Below, in pieces: positions 9,511 to 20,100 of a stretch of 32,000 nucleotides of DNA. The stretch is from an uncultured Chloroflexia bacterium (GTDB lineage: Bacteria; Chloroflexota; Ktedonobacteria; Ktedonobacterales; JADMIN01), in contig CAVRAI010000015.1 of assembly GCA_963718915.1 (NCBI GenBank), positions 90,001 to 122,000 of the forward strand, read 5' to 3'. Below the pieces are notes generated by a model. That model was not told the DNA's origin and ran no database searches. It saw nothing but the letters and a program-made list of their open reading frames with translations. The first letter of the stretch is position 1. Each line of letters begins with the position of its first letter. The translations under genes were made by a program, and so were the position numbers.

Positions 9511-9633
9511 CGTCTGTGTCACCCAGCTACGTGGCGGTGGGACGCGCTGCGGGCTATACTTCAGGAAGGATAGCGCGCCCCTCAAGCGATACGTCGGCAT
9601 GAAGGGACGAATCAGCCTGGAGGGGAGCTGACT

Positions 9634-10668
9634 ATGCAGGGCGTTCCACCGGATGAGGCGGCGAAAATCCCGGCGCAGGATGGGCCGGAGCAGGTCGCGC
9701 CCGGTGTCTGGCGTATCCCCGTGCCGCTGCCGTTCGCGCTGAAATCGGCCAACATCTACCTGATCGACGACGGCCCTGGCCAGCGCATCCTGATCGATAG
9801 CGGACTGGGGCTGCCCGCCGACGAGCAGGCGCTCCGGGCGGGGTTGGCCGCGGCGGGCGTCGCGCTCGAAGATATTACTACGCTCATTCTCACCCACGCG
9901 CACCCCGACCACATCGGCCTCTCTGGCATCATCCACACGGCGGCGCCCCATATCCCCATCTACATGCTTGAGGGCGAAGCGGCGCAGATCAGCGCCGTCT
10001 GGGGTGAGGCGAGCGCGCCGCTTCAAGTAAAACTGGACGAGATGTACCGGGTGAACGGCCTGCCCGACGAGATCCGCGCGGGCAGCCAGAAGGCGGGCCT
10101 GGCGCTGCGCCGGATATTGCGCTTGCCGCCAGTCGAGGCTATCACCACCCTGAGCGATGGGCAGCGGCTTGAGCTGGGCAGTCATAGCTACGAGGTCTTA
10201 TGGACGCCCGGCCACTCCGACCACCATCTCTGCCTGCTGCGCGACGATGGCCTCTTCATCGCGGGCGACCACATTCTGCCGCATATCACGCCCAATATCG
10301 GACTCTATGTCGGGGCGCGCCCTGATCCGCTGGCCGACTACTTTGGCTCGCTGCAGCGCGTGGAGCCGCTGCCAGCGGGACTGGTCTTGCCGGGGCACGG
10401 GCGTCCCTTCGAGGGGCTGGCCGAGCGAGCGGTGGGGCTGCGCGCGCACCACGACGAGCGCAGCGCATTCGTCTACGATATCGTTACGGGCGAGCGCGAC
10501 GGGCTGAACGCCTATGGCGTCGCGGGCAGGCTCTTTGGCGAGCGCCTGCGTAGCTTCGATGACTGGCGCTTCGCCGTCGCCGAGACCCTCGCCCACCTCG
10601 AATACCTCCGCCTCGCGGGCCACATCGAGCGTAGCGCACAGGATGGATTGCTCACCTACAGCGCGTAG
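9634..10668 (+). CDS. MBL-fold metallo-hydrolase
   Basis: LILTHAHPDHIGL (HxHxDH motif), a downstream TPGHSDHH, and PGHG. A winged-helix-like C-terminal extension is common in this subgroup. Confidence 0.85.
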   Translation: MQGVPPDEAAKIPAQDGPEQVAPGVWRIPVPLPFALKSANIYLIDDGPGQRILIDSGLGLPADEQALRAGLAAAGVALEDITTLILTHAHPDHIGLSGIIHTAAPHIPIYMLEGEAAQISAVWGEASAPLQVKLDEMYRVNGLPDEIRAGSQKAGLALRRILRLPPVEAITTLSDGQRLELGSHSYEVLWTPGHSDHHLCLLRDDGLFIAGDHILPHITPNIGLYVGARPDPLADYFGSLQRVEPLPAGLVLPGHGRPFEGLAERAVGLRAHHDERSAFVYDIVTGERDGLNAYGVAGRLFGERLRSFDDWRFAVAETLAHLEYLRLAGHIERSAQDGLLTYSA

Positions 10669-11040
10669 CATTCGCCTGCCTGCGCCTCACCCAACTTCCA
10701 GCGACCAGGCGCTTCTGTATGCCTCGGCGCCTGTAGAATAGCCATCGATTTAAGCTACAATGGAGCGGTAATTTCATCACGAGATAGCGAGAATGCGCTA
10801 AACGCTGACTGGAAGCGACTTTGGTACCGTCTCGGATAGGAAATTAGTACTTACGTTCACATTGCACAATTCGTGAGTTTTTCAGCGTTTGCAATCAATT
10901 GCAATATTACAGACGCCCTGACGCCGAATGTGGCAGAATCCCTGAATTCAAGGGGATTTCAAGCAAGTGGCGGCGTTGTTGAAAAGGCCGTAAAATCATC
11001 GCGTTACGAATCGAAACGCCTCTCATAGCTGTCTGCACGG

Positions 11041-11069
11041 TTGTCGCAAGCCTTGTCCTGTGCTATATT
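11041..11069 (+). promoter_or_regulatory. Candidate sigma70-type promoter for the HU gene
   Basis: TTGTCG (11041-11046), a 17-bp spacer, then TATATT (11064-11069), about 110 nt upstream of the HU start. Pattern match only. Confidence 0.3.
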
Positions 11070-11180
11070 TGCGGCTGGCGAGCTAGTGAAAGCCTGGGTA
11101 TGGCCCGGCACAAAGCCAGTTCGCCATAATGGAGTATGAGCGCCGATGTTCGGCGCGCTCGCACCAAAGGAGCACCTCAC

Positions 11181-11492
11181 ATGCCAGTAGGTCGCCAGGA
11201 ACTGATCAAGCGCGTAGCAACCAAGACGAACAAGAGCGTCAAGGAGAGCACAGTCTTCGTCAATGGCACCCTCGAGGCCATCCGCGAGGCCCTGCAGACC
11301 GGTGACGCAGTCCGCCTGGTTGGGTTTGGCGTGTTCTCTGTCAAAGACACCGCCCCCAGCGTTCGCGTCAACCCGCAGACACGCCAGAAGATCAACGTGC
11401 CCGCTCGCAAGCGCGTGAAGTTCACCCCAGGTAAAGACCTGAACGACGCTGTCGCGGTTCATGCCCCCGCTGCGAAGGGCGGCAAGAAGTAG
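11181..11492 (+). CDS. hup: DNA-binding protein HU
   Basis: MPVGRQELIKRVA...VRLVGFGVFSVKDTAPSVRVNPQTRQKINVPARKRVKFTPGKDL is the canonical HU/IHF fold signature. AAAGGAG lies 8 nt upstream of ATG 11181. Short Lys-rich tail. Confidence 0.9.
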   Translation: MPVGRQELIKRVATKTNKSVKESTVFVNGTLEAIREALQTGDAVRLVGFGVFSVKDTAPSVRVNPQTRQKINVPARKRVKFTPGKDLNDAVAVHAPAAKGGKK

Positions 11493-11634
11493 TCGCAGCC
11501 TGCCGGGCGCAGAGCATCTGGCAGGCCAGCGCGGTAGAGGCTCGCGGCGTTGTTGTGCTGCGGGCCTCTCCTCGTTTCCTCGTACGCTATTTTCACACTA
11601 CCCCCGTCGCGGCGCCTGGCTCTGGCTCGTCTGG

Positions 11635-12654
11635 CTATGCGTCCGTGGCCGTGGTGTCGGGGAGGGTGTTGTAGTCCCTGCCGGGGCGCAGTTCTCTACG
11701 GTAGAGCGAGATGCTTTGCGTCGCATGCATCCCGGCGCGCGTGTAGACACCGGGCGCGCCTGTCGGGCTGTCAGCATCCACGCTGAGTTCCACGATGGCT
11801 ATGCCCCGGTGATAACACGCCCCAAAGGCCGTCCGCAGCATGGCGAAAGCCAGCCCATGCCGTCGCCACGGGCGCTTCACGCCGACGCCGCCAACCCATC
11901 CGCCGCCGCTGCCGGGCACGTTGCGCGCGAGACAGGTACCCACGATCTCGCCGCTCTGCTCATCCTCGGCCAGAAACCACAGCCCGGGATCCTGCCGCTC
12001 GTTCTCGGTAAACGCCAGCCAGCGCTCGAAGTCGCCTTCTGGACGGCCACGCAAGTCACGAAACGCCTCCTCGACCGCCTCGAAGGTGGCGCGCTCATCC
12101 TGGCCCGGCGCAAACGTCCGGAGACGCAGGCCATCAATGCCCTCGGGCGCGGACGGCGGCTCATCCATCTCGATACGCATCACGTAGATGGTGTGCGCGT
12201 AGGAGTATTCCAGCGCCTCCATCAGGGCGCAGGCGGCCTCGTTGCGCGTGTTGATGTAGTGCTGGACAGTGATCTGCGCGTCGTCTGGGGCGCGCTCCAT
12301 GCGATTGCGTATCCACGCCTCGCCCCAGCGCGTCAAAAATGCGCCAAGCCCACGGCGCGTGTGCTCAGGATGCACCCCGCCATAGACGGAGACCTGGATG
12401 TAGCGGCGGTTGAGCACATCCGCATGCGCCGCGAGGCTTCCATCCGGCGCGAAGACCAGCAAGCTATCCTCGGCGAGATTCGCGCCCATCCAGTCGTTCA
12501 ACTGCTCTTCGGCGCTGGTGACCGATGCATCGCCCTCATCCGCCTGGTAGGCGTTCCGTAGCCGCGCCACCGCCTGCGCATCGTCGAGTGTGGCGGCCCG
12601 CGCGCTATATCCCGCTGGTGGCGTTACGCCGTTCATGACATCCGCTGATCCCAT
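11635..12654 (-). CDS. GNAT family N-acetyltransferase with two GNAT domains (MshD-like architecture)
   Basis: Two acetyl-CoA binding-type motifs (HTRRGLGAFL and WRRHGLAFAML), each followed by GNAT C-terminal strands. 339 aa. Confidence 0.8.
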   Translation of the reverse strand: MGSADVMNGVTPPAGYSARAATLDDAQAVARLRNAYQADEGDASVTSAEEQLNDWMGANLAEDSLLVFAPDGSLAAHADVLNRRYIQVSVYGGVHPEHTRRGLGAFLTRWGEAWIRNRMERAPDDAQITVQHYINTRNEAACALMEALEYSYAHTIYVMRIEMDEPPSAPEGIDGLRLRTFAPGQDERATFEAVEEAFRDLRGRPEGDFERWLAFTENERQDPGLWFLAEDEQSGEIVGTCLARNVPGSGGGWVGGVGVKRPWRRHGLAFAMLRTAFGACYHRGIAIVELSVDADSPTGAPGVYTRAGMHATQSISLYRRELRPGRDYNTLPDTTATDA

Positions 12655-12854
12655 AGCTTTCGTAGTCCCCTCCGTAATAGCGTCTCATCCTGGCTGCGCC
12701 GATTCGCTTCATGTGCGAATGTGCCTGCCGCCAGAGTGTATCCAATCGGCAAGCGCTGGCGCTACGAAGATTTCTGCACAGCTTTTCCAGAGGGAGAATT
12801 CCACGCGCAAACTTTTTCAAAGCGCGTGAATGACCTGCTGGGTCGCGAGCGGGA

Positions 12855-13301
12855 TTACGGGCAAGGGTACAGCGGTGTGCCCTCCACCGAAACGACTCGC
12901 GGCGAGGAGGCGATCCGCGTCAACTCATCCCAGGTAGGGTAGGACATGAGCAGGTAATGTCCTGCGGCGAAGCTGGCCTGTTGCTCGGCGACCGACGGCG
13001 GGACATTGCTGCGTGGCTCATCACACGTCCACGGATAGACGTGTCCGCGAAGGATGGCCGTCGCCTGGTTGTAGGTGGTATCAGTGGTGAAGGTGATGCT
13101 AGCAAAGAGCGAGAACTGGTCTGGCGAGGCGTTATGGATGTGCGCGAGGGCGTCCACTGTGGTGCGCGTCGAGGCGGTGGCGGCGGTTGGCGTTGGCGCG
13201 CGCGATGCAACGGGCGAGCCGCTCCCAGGCGCGCAGGCGGCGACCAGCAGGAGCAACACGGCAAGCAGCAGCGTTTTCACCAACCCCGTTCTCCACGACA
13301 T
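12855..13301 (-). CDS. Putative lipoprotein, unknown function
   Basis: ORF 12855..13424 trimmed to ATG 13301, with GGAGGA 9 nt upstream. Signal peptide with lipobox LLLLVAAC, then a Pro/Thr/Ala-rich linker. Confidence 0.6.
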   Translation of the reverse strand: MSWRTGLVKTLLLAVLLLLVAACAPGSGSPVASRAPTPTAATASTRTTVDALAHIHNASPDQFSLFASITFTTDTTYNQATAILRGHVYPWTCDEPRSNVPPSVAEQQASFAAGHYLLMSYPTWDELTRIASSPRVVSVEGTPLYPCP

Positions 13302-13583
13302 AACGGCGCATCCTCCAGCGGCAAGACCATCACGCCCCGTGTGCTGGGGCGATGCCTGCTTACCAGGACGGCGCAACCGCCCGCGAAGTTCCCAGCATGT
13401 CGAATTTCTCCGTACAAGATGCAAAGGAAATTGCTGATTGTAACCTATTCGCTATCTCATCGTAAATAAAAATAGACAGACAATCGAAGATGGTCTCTCA
13501 TTGAATTCTCCTTGACAACGTGGTTACCAACTCTGAGCGAAAGGTCCATCACAAGGGTGTGATCGGACACTATGGGGGGTCAC

Positions 13584-14348
13584 ATGAAACGCACCTTGCT
13601 TATTGTGTTGAAAGACATAAGAGACCAGTTCGACGTATATGCTGCAATTGCTTCCGCTGCAATACTTGGATTCATAGTACTCGTGCAAGGACAGAATGAG
13701 CCGCGTGTAATGGGCGCAATCCTTTCAGTTCTGGCGCTTATTGCATTTTCGATCCGCCGCGATAGAAAGCTTCGACATGGCAAACCAAAAACTTTGATCG
13801 AAGCGGAGCAAGTAGAAGCCTACAAAAAGTTGATCAAAGAGGTTAGACGACATCGCCCCGATAAGGCAGTACTTATTCAATATAGCTGCTCGACTGCGTT
13901 CGAGTTGGTTCGGGAACTTTCGAGACGGAATGCTGAGATTAAGATCTACATACAAAATGAAGAAACCCCCAAGGAACTAGGAATTTTTCACCAGGCGGAA
14001 CGCATTGAGTCAAAACGTCGTGCGTTCCGCGTGGAACTAGCGCCTTACTTCAATCCTCAAAAACTTAGTGTCATCAAATATCGCACGCCTGCGTCCGTTG
14101 CAGCTGTACGTATAGATGATCGGGTAATCTTCATGGGCTGGTATCTTTATCTTGCCCCAACAGAGCAAGACGCCAAACCTGACGATAAGGCTGCAGTCTA
14201 CGCTCACAATGTTGCGGGGATTATTGCTTACAAAGGCTCAACGGATTATGATGCGCTGAACGCGACATTCGAGAAACTGCTACTCACCTTTACTGGGGAT
14301 AATGTCGAGCCAGTCAACTTTGGTTCTCCCACCTCTGTGGAGAAGTGA
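13584..14348 (+). CDS. Hypothetical membrane-anchored protein in a low-G+C island (two N-terminal TM helices plus ~190-aa soluble domain)
   Basis: The only long ORF in a markedly AT-richer block. TM segments AAIASAAILGFIVLV and VMGAILSVLALIAFSI. Start is ATG 13584 (G-run upstream) or ATG 13572. No family recognised. Confidence 0.6.
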   Translation: MKRTLLIVLKDIRDQFDVYAAIASAAILGFIVLVQGQNEPRVMGAILSVLALIAFSIRRDRKLRHGKPKTLIEAEQVEAYKKLIKEVRRHRPDKAVLIQYSCSTAFELVRELSRRNAEIKIYIQNEETPKELGIFHQAERIESKRRAFRVELAPYFNPQKLSVIKYRTPASVAAVRIDDRVIFMGWYLYLAPTEQDAKPDDKAAVYAHNVAGIIAYKGSTDYDALNATFEKLLLTFTGDNVEPVNFGSPTSVEK

Positions 14349-14586
14349 TTTGTCTTTCACAACCGAATTAGCAATGTATTAGCGAGACGTAGCACACGCC
14401 CTGAATCCCACTGGTGGCAACAGCGAATCTCCGGGCAGAATCCTTGGCAACACTCTCTCTGGAGAGCCATTGTTGCTAATTGGTCTCTTCCGTGGAGGTG
14501 TCGCTGAAAACCCATAGCCCGACGCCGTCCGCCTCATACATCCACCGAGGCTGGCGGCGTCTGGTGCGGCGACGAACTGGGATTGC

Positions 14587-15652
14587 CTACCGCTCTCCGC
14601 GCCCTTCGGGGGTGAGGCTGCTGCTGTGGATGGCGATGATCTCGCCGGGGTCGGGTAACGTGCGCACCTCAACGCGCACGATCCACTTCACCCACTGGAA
14701 TCCCCGGCGGTCGGGCGCCACCAGCCGTAGCGGCGCGCCGTGGTCGTGGCTGAGTGGCTCTCCGCTCACATGGGTTGCCAGCAGCGCCGCCCTCGCCTCC
14801 TCCAATGGTAGGCTCCAGCGGTAGCCCGTCACCGAGACGAAGCTCACCCAGGCAGCGCCGGGCAACAGCGTCACGCCGTCGAGCAGGCGTCCGACACGCA
14901 TCCCGCCCCAGCGTTGCGTGCTGTAGAAGCCGCCAGTACAGTCGAGCGTCGCCACCAGTTCATTGCCCGCCGAAGCGATCTCGTCGTAGCTGAAGGTGCG
15001 CGGCACATGCTACCGCGCCATCGATCCGCAGCCGCCAGTTCGCGACAGACAGTGGGCGCGGCGCATCGGCTACCCAACTGGTCGCGGGGAAGACGTTTCC
15101 GGCGTAGCTCTCGGCCTCGCGCGACCCGGTGAAGCGGCGATGGGAGCCAGGGGCGTCCACGACGCGCTCGATCACCTGCTGGGCGGGCCAGAGGATAATC
15201 GCGCCGCCAAGGAGCAGCCCGCCACGCAGTAGCTGGCGGCGTCCGCTCACGTCACGCCGCCGCAGCGGTTTCGCCCGCGCCAGCATATGCGACGCGATCA
15301 ACACGGCGAGCGCGAAGCCAAGCAGAATGTGCCAGTTGAGAAGGCCCCAGTCGAGGACGTAGAGCGTGCCGCCCGCTACCCACACGATGCCAGTGCCGAG
15401 CGCCAGCGTCACAATCGCCACCGCCAGCGCTCCCAGCGCCGTGCGCCGATCCCATAGTCGCGGTCGGGCCAGCCGGGGCAGCACCCGCCGCAGCTTGCCC
15501 CAGAGCAGCAGCGCCAGCCAGAGGCCCGCCGCGCCATGGGCCGCGAAGATGAGCCACTCCTCGGGATGCCCGCTGACGAGGCTGACGACGCCGGTCACGA
15601 ACGCCAGCGCGCACGCCAGCGCCAGGCTCCAGTCGGTCAGTCGTGGCGACAT
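14587..15652 (-). pseudogene. Membrane-anchored molybdopterin-dependent oxidoreductase (sulfite-oxidase family), frame broken near 15007
   Basis: The upstream ORF (15652-14960) gives 4-5 TM helices, then ...FPATSWVADAPRPLSVANWRLRIDGAV. The continuation PRTFSYDEIASAGNELVATLDCTGGFYSTQRWGGMRVGRLL...HGAPLRLVAPDRRGFQWVKWIVRVEV is in the adjacent frame (15006-14587). One extra base near 15007 explains the shift. Confidence 0.75.
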
Positions 15653-15699
15653 TGGCCTCGCCTCGCTCCCGTTCCGCTCCCAATTCCCACTGCCTATTG

Positions 15700-16644
15700 C
15701 TACGCCACCTGTTTACACCTGAGAACCGCGCCCACCGCCTCGTACATCCGCCCGAAGTGCGTGGCGTCCGGCGCGCTGACCAGCCACTCCCACGTGCGCG
15801 GCGTGCCGACCAGTTGGAATCGCGCGGCCAGATCGTCGGGGATGGCGAGCACGTCGGCGGGCAGCACTGCCAGGGTTTCGCGTGGATTGCGCGCGTGCGG
15901 CCCGCTCTTCGGCGGCAGCAGGTAGCCGGTGCGGTCGCTCGCGAGGATCGCGGCGCCCTCCGGCGCGAGCAGCCCGGCCAGCAGCGAGAGGTGCGCCAGC
16001 GCGATTCGCCGCCGGAATGCCTGCGCCGCCTGGCGGTAGCGTGGATGTGTCTCGCGCAGATCAACTGTGTCGGGCGCGTAGAGCGAGAGCGTATCCACCA
16101 GATCCAGCAGCGGCAGGCTGTAGAGCTGCGTCAGTACGAGGTCGCTAAAGACGAGGCCGTAGCCCTGTGCTATCAGTCCCGGCAACCGCGGCGGGTCGGG
16201 CATGGGGCAGCGTTCCAGGCAGGCCGCCGCCGCGTCCAGCGGGGCCGTTGCGCCGAGCCGGGTGAGGTCGCGCCAGGGTTGCGCGCGTAGCTCCACAGCC
16301 AGCGCGTCGCTCACCCCGTCGGTGATATCCGCCTGGAGCAGGTCTACCCGACTGCGCAGTGACGCCGGTAGCTCATCGCGGGCGCGCGCCATCCCTGGCA
16401 CATCCACGTCCACCAGCAGCGTATGCTCGAAGGTTCGTGCGATCCGCTCCAGCGGCGCCTCGGTACACGCGCCCGCCCCCAGGATCACCGCCCGCGATGG
16501 TCCGCCGGTCGTCCGCGCCGCCAGCGCCTCCTCCACCAGCGCCGCGACCGCCCGCAGGTGCGCCGGACTGTGGCGGCGATACCACGCGCGCCGCTCCGGC
16601 CCCTGCGTCCGCGGATTCTCCTCCGCCAGTCGCGCAATCCGCAT
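15700..16644 (-). CDS. Putative class I SAM-dependent methyltransferase-like protein
   Basis: AVILGAGACTE (GxGxG-like), an acidic LLVDVD after the next strand, and DLLQADITDG. Start is ATG 16644 or the upstream GTG/ATG at 16692. Assignment is moderate only. Confidence 0.5.
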   Translation of the reverse strand: MRIARLAEENPRTQGPERRAWYRRHSPAHLRAVAALVEEALAARTTGGPSRAVILGAGACTEAPLERIARTFEHTLLVDVDVPGMARARDELPASLRSRVDLLQADITDGVSDALAVELRAQPWRDLTRLGATAPLDAAAACLERCPMPDPPRLPGLIAQGYGLVFSDLVLTQLYSLPLLDLVDTLSLYAPDTVDLRETHPRYRQAAQAFRRRIALAHLSLLAGLLAPEGAAILASDRTGYLLPPKSGPHARNPRETLAVLPADVLAIPDDLAARFQLVGTPRTWEWLVSAPDATHFGRMYEAVGAVLRCKQVA

Positions 16645-16705
16645 ATCGCACATCCCCTTCCCTGCAACTATTGTAGCTGGTGCGCGAACCACTCCGCGCG
16701 TAGCG

Positions 16706-16977
16706 GATTAGCCGTGGCATTATGTAGTTTCATTTTTTCTTCTGAACACCATACGTCGTGGTAGGCGAGGCTGACCGTAGCATACATGCTACGGCGAATT
16801 TCCGCCTCCCAGAACCATTCGCCGTAGCGTTGACGCTACGGTCTGCTCACCCCACCACTACGCCCGTGTCCGCCACAAATGCTAAAACCACAACATGCCG
16901 CGAAGCTGGTTCACCACTCCACTCGCCATTTATGGGGACACTAGCGGGCAGGATTAGCCGTGGCCTTAAGGCTACGG
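16706..16977. repeat. Cluster of family-3 hairpin elements upstream of mutS
   Basis: GATTAGCCGTGGC (16706-16718). An ~80-bp unit (16726-16806) containing the palindrome CCGTAGCATACATGCTACGG. Hairpin GCCGTAGCGTTGACGCTACGG (16821-16841). GATTAGCCGTGGCCTTAAGGCTACGGC (16952-16977). Related copies lie at 28398 and 30017-30244. Confidence 0.7.
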
Positions 16978-17114
16978 CGCGCGTGCCCTGTTGCGTCTGC
17001 CTCCCTCACAAGGTACCGGCGGGCGCTTCTGGGCTGGGCTGGCTCGTATAATACGTAAGCGCATCGCCAGGAGTAAGGAATGCGCCATACAACACCAGCC
17101 GGGGAGCGTGCAGC

Positions 17115-20100
17115 GTGCAGCGGAAGAAGCCGCAACCAGCCAGCGCCAACAACGACCACAGCGCCAGCGACGGCGATAGCGCCAATAACGGCAGTAACGC
17201 CACTGGCGACCACAGCCCGATTCGCCAGCAGTATCTCAGCGTCAAGCAGCAACATCCCGACGCCGTCGTCTTCTTTCGCATGGGCGACTTCTACGAGATG
17301 TTCGACGGCGACGCCGAGCTGGCCGCCCGCGAACTCGAGCTGACGCTGACCCGGCGCGACTGGGGACGCGGCGAGCGCACCGCGATGGCGGGTGTGCCGC
17401 ACCACGCCGCCGATGGCTACATCGCGCGGCTGATTGGCAAAGGCTACCGCGTCGCCGTCTGCGAGCAGGTGAGTGATCCCGCGCTCTCGAAGGGGCTGGT
17501 CGAGCGTGAGGTTGTTCGCATCGTCACCCCCGGCGCTATCGTAGACCCCGCCATGCTCGCCGCTAAGCGCAACAACTATCTCGCCGCCGCCGTCCTCAGT
17601 CGCGACGCCGTAGGCATCGCCTACACCGATATCACCACGGGTGAATTCGCCTGCACCCAGTTCTCCGCCGCCCAGCCGGAAGACGCCTTGCGCCAGGAGT
17701 TGGCCCGTGTCCAGCCCGCCGAGATATTGATCGAGGCGGCCGCCCCGCGCCGGATGACGCTGCCACGGACCTCACCCCTGACCTCACCCCTCAGCCCCTT
17801 CTCCCAGGAGGAGAAGGGCAGCCAGAGGATCGCGTCTGGTTCTGCTTCCCCTCTCCCCATGGGGGAGGGGCCAGGGGAGGGGGCCGACGACGAGCCGGAG
17901 TCGCTGGCGGCGCGGCTGGGCGGGCTCGTCGCCTCTGGTTCCCTTCTCCCGATGGGGGAGGGGTTAGGGGAGGGGGCCACCGTCGTCACCCCCTTCGACG
18001 CCCGCAACTTCCGTGAGGATGTCGCCCGCGATGTGTTGCGTGAGCAGTTCGGCGTCGCGTCGCTCGAAGCGTTCGGCTGCGAGCGGCTGCCCCTGGCGGT
18101 GCGCGCGGCGGGCGCCGTCGTGGCGTATCTGCGCGCGACCCAGCGCGACACCCTGCCCCAGATCACCGCGCTCGAAACCTACAACGTCAGCGGCTTCATG
18201 ACCCTCGACGCCCACACCCGCCGTAACCTGGAACTCTTCGAGAGCGGGCGCAGTGGCGGCATCAAAGGCTCGCTGCTCTGGGTGCTGGATGCCACATCCA
18301 CCCCGATGGGCGGGCGGCTGCTGCGGCGCTGGCTGGCGGAGCCGCTTCTCGACCTGGAGCGGCTGCGTCGGCGGCAGGATGCGGTGGCCGCTGGCGCGAG
18401 CGATATCGCCCTCCGCGCCCGTCTGATGCCCCTGCTGGCCCGCGTTGGCGACCTGGAGCGGCTCATCAACCGCGTCGTCCAGCGGATCGCCCTGCCGCGC
18501 GATCTGGTGGCGCTGGCGCAGGGACTCGCCGCCGTGGATGAGTTGGCGACAACGATTCCACGCACGCACGAAAGGGATGGCCAGGGAGAGGACTCTCTGG
18601 AAGCCCCTCTCCCTGTGGGGCGCGCGCGCGCGAGCCGTCAGGCTCGGAGTCTGCGTCAAGCAGACGAAGCGCCAGCGTCGCAGAGCGAGGGGTTGGGGAG
18701 GGGTTCGCTGCCCGACGGGCTGGCGGTGGTCGCGCAATCGCTCCAACCGCTGCCTGAGCTACACGCGCTGATCGAGCGGGCGCTGGTGGACGAGCCGCCC
18801 GCGACGCTGAGCGAAGGCGGTTATATCCGCGCGGGCTACTCCACCGAACTGGATACCCTACTCGACGCCTCGCGCAATGGCCGCCAGTGGGTCGCCGACC
18901 TCGAACGCCGCGAGCGCGAACGTAGCGGCATTTCCACCCTTCGCGTCGGCTATAACAGGGTCTTCGGCTACTACCTGGAGGTCACCAACTCGCAGCTAGC
19001 CCGCGTCCCCGCCGACTTCATCCGCAAGCAGACCCTGACGACCGGCGAGCGCTTCATCACGCCCGACCTGAAGGAGTACGAGGCGCTGATCCTCAACGCG
19101 CAGGAGAAATCGGCCAAACTGGAGCAGGAGCTATTCGCCGCGCTCCGCTCGGAGATCGCGGCGCGCTGGGGCGAGGCGGCGCTGCGGACGGCGCGCATCC
19201 TGGCCGAGCTTGACGCACTGCTGGCGCTGGCGGAGGTGGCCTCGCGCCAGAACTACTGCCGTCCCGAACTGGACGAGAGCGACACCATTCATATCGTCGC
19301 CGGACGCCATCCCGTCGTGGAGGCGAGTCAGCGCGAGATCGCCTTCGTCCCCAACGATACCCAGCTTGCCACGAGCGACGCGCAGATTCTGCTGCTGACC
19401 GGGCCGAACATGGCGGGCAAGTCCACCTATCTGCGGCAGGTCGCGCTCATCACCCTGCTGGCGCAGATTGGCTCGTTCGTCCCGGCGGAGGCGGCGCGCA
19501 TCGGGCTGGTGGACCGCATCTTCACCCGCATCGGCGCGCAGGACGACCTGGCGACGGGGCAGAGCACCTTTATGGTGGAGATGGTGGAGACGGCGAACAT
19601 TCTGCACCACGCCACCGAGCGCAGCCTGGTCATCCTCGACGAGATTGGCCGCGGCACCAGCACCTACGATGGGCTGGCCATCGCCCGCGCCATCGTCGAA
19701 TATCTGCACAACAATAAGCGCTGTGGCGCGAAGACGCTCTTCGCCACCCACTACCACGAACTGGTCGAGGTGACGCGGCTGCTGCCCCGCGTGCGGGCGT
19801 ATAACGTCGCGGTGGCCGAGGAGGAGGGCCACGTGGTCTTCCTGCGCAAGATCGTCCCCGGTGGCGCGGACAAGAGCTACGGCATCCACGTGGCGCAGCT
19901 GGCGGGGATTCCGCGTCAGGTGGTGCGCCGGGCGGAAGAGGTGCTCGAAGACCTGGAGAAGAAGGGCGACGCTCGCACCCGGCGTAAGGCGATGCGCGAC
20001 GGGGTGATGCCGCAGGCGCTGCAACTGACGCTCTTCGCCGCCGAACCTGATCCGCTGATCGAGGAGTTAAAGACGATGGCGATTGACGAGCTCACCCCGC

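Noticed and set aside
14349-14586. ORF 14379..14672 (-), and possible tRNA or sRNA in the spacer after the orphan gene.
   Set aside because: The ORF overlaps the 3' end of the oxidoreductase gene and has no RBS. I could not fold a cloverleaf or find T-loop (GGTTCGA-type) motifs. Only a short inverted repeat is present.
17115-17215. Low-complexity N-terminal ~30 residues of MutS ([29 protein letters not shown]) as evidence of a wrong start.
   Set aside because: There is no in-frame ATG/GTG/TTG with an RBS between 17115 and the conserved QQYL motif. GTG 17115 has GGGGAG upstream, so I kept the long form with the uncertainty noted.
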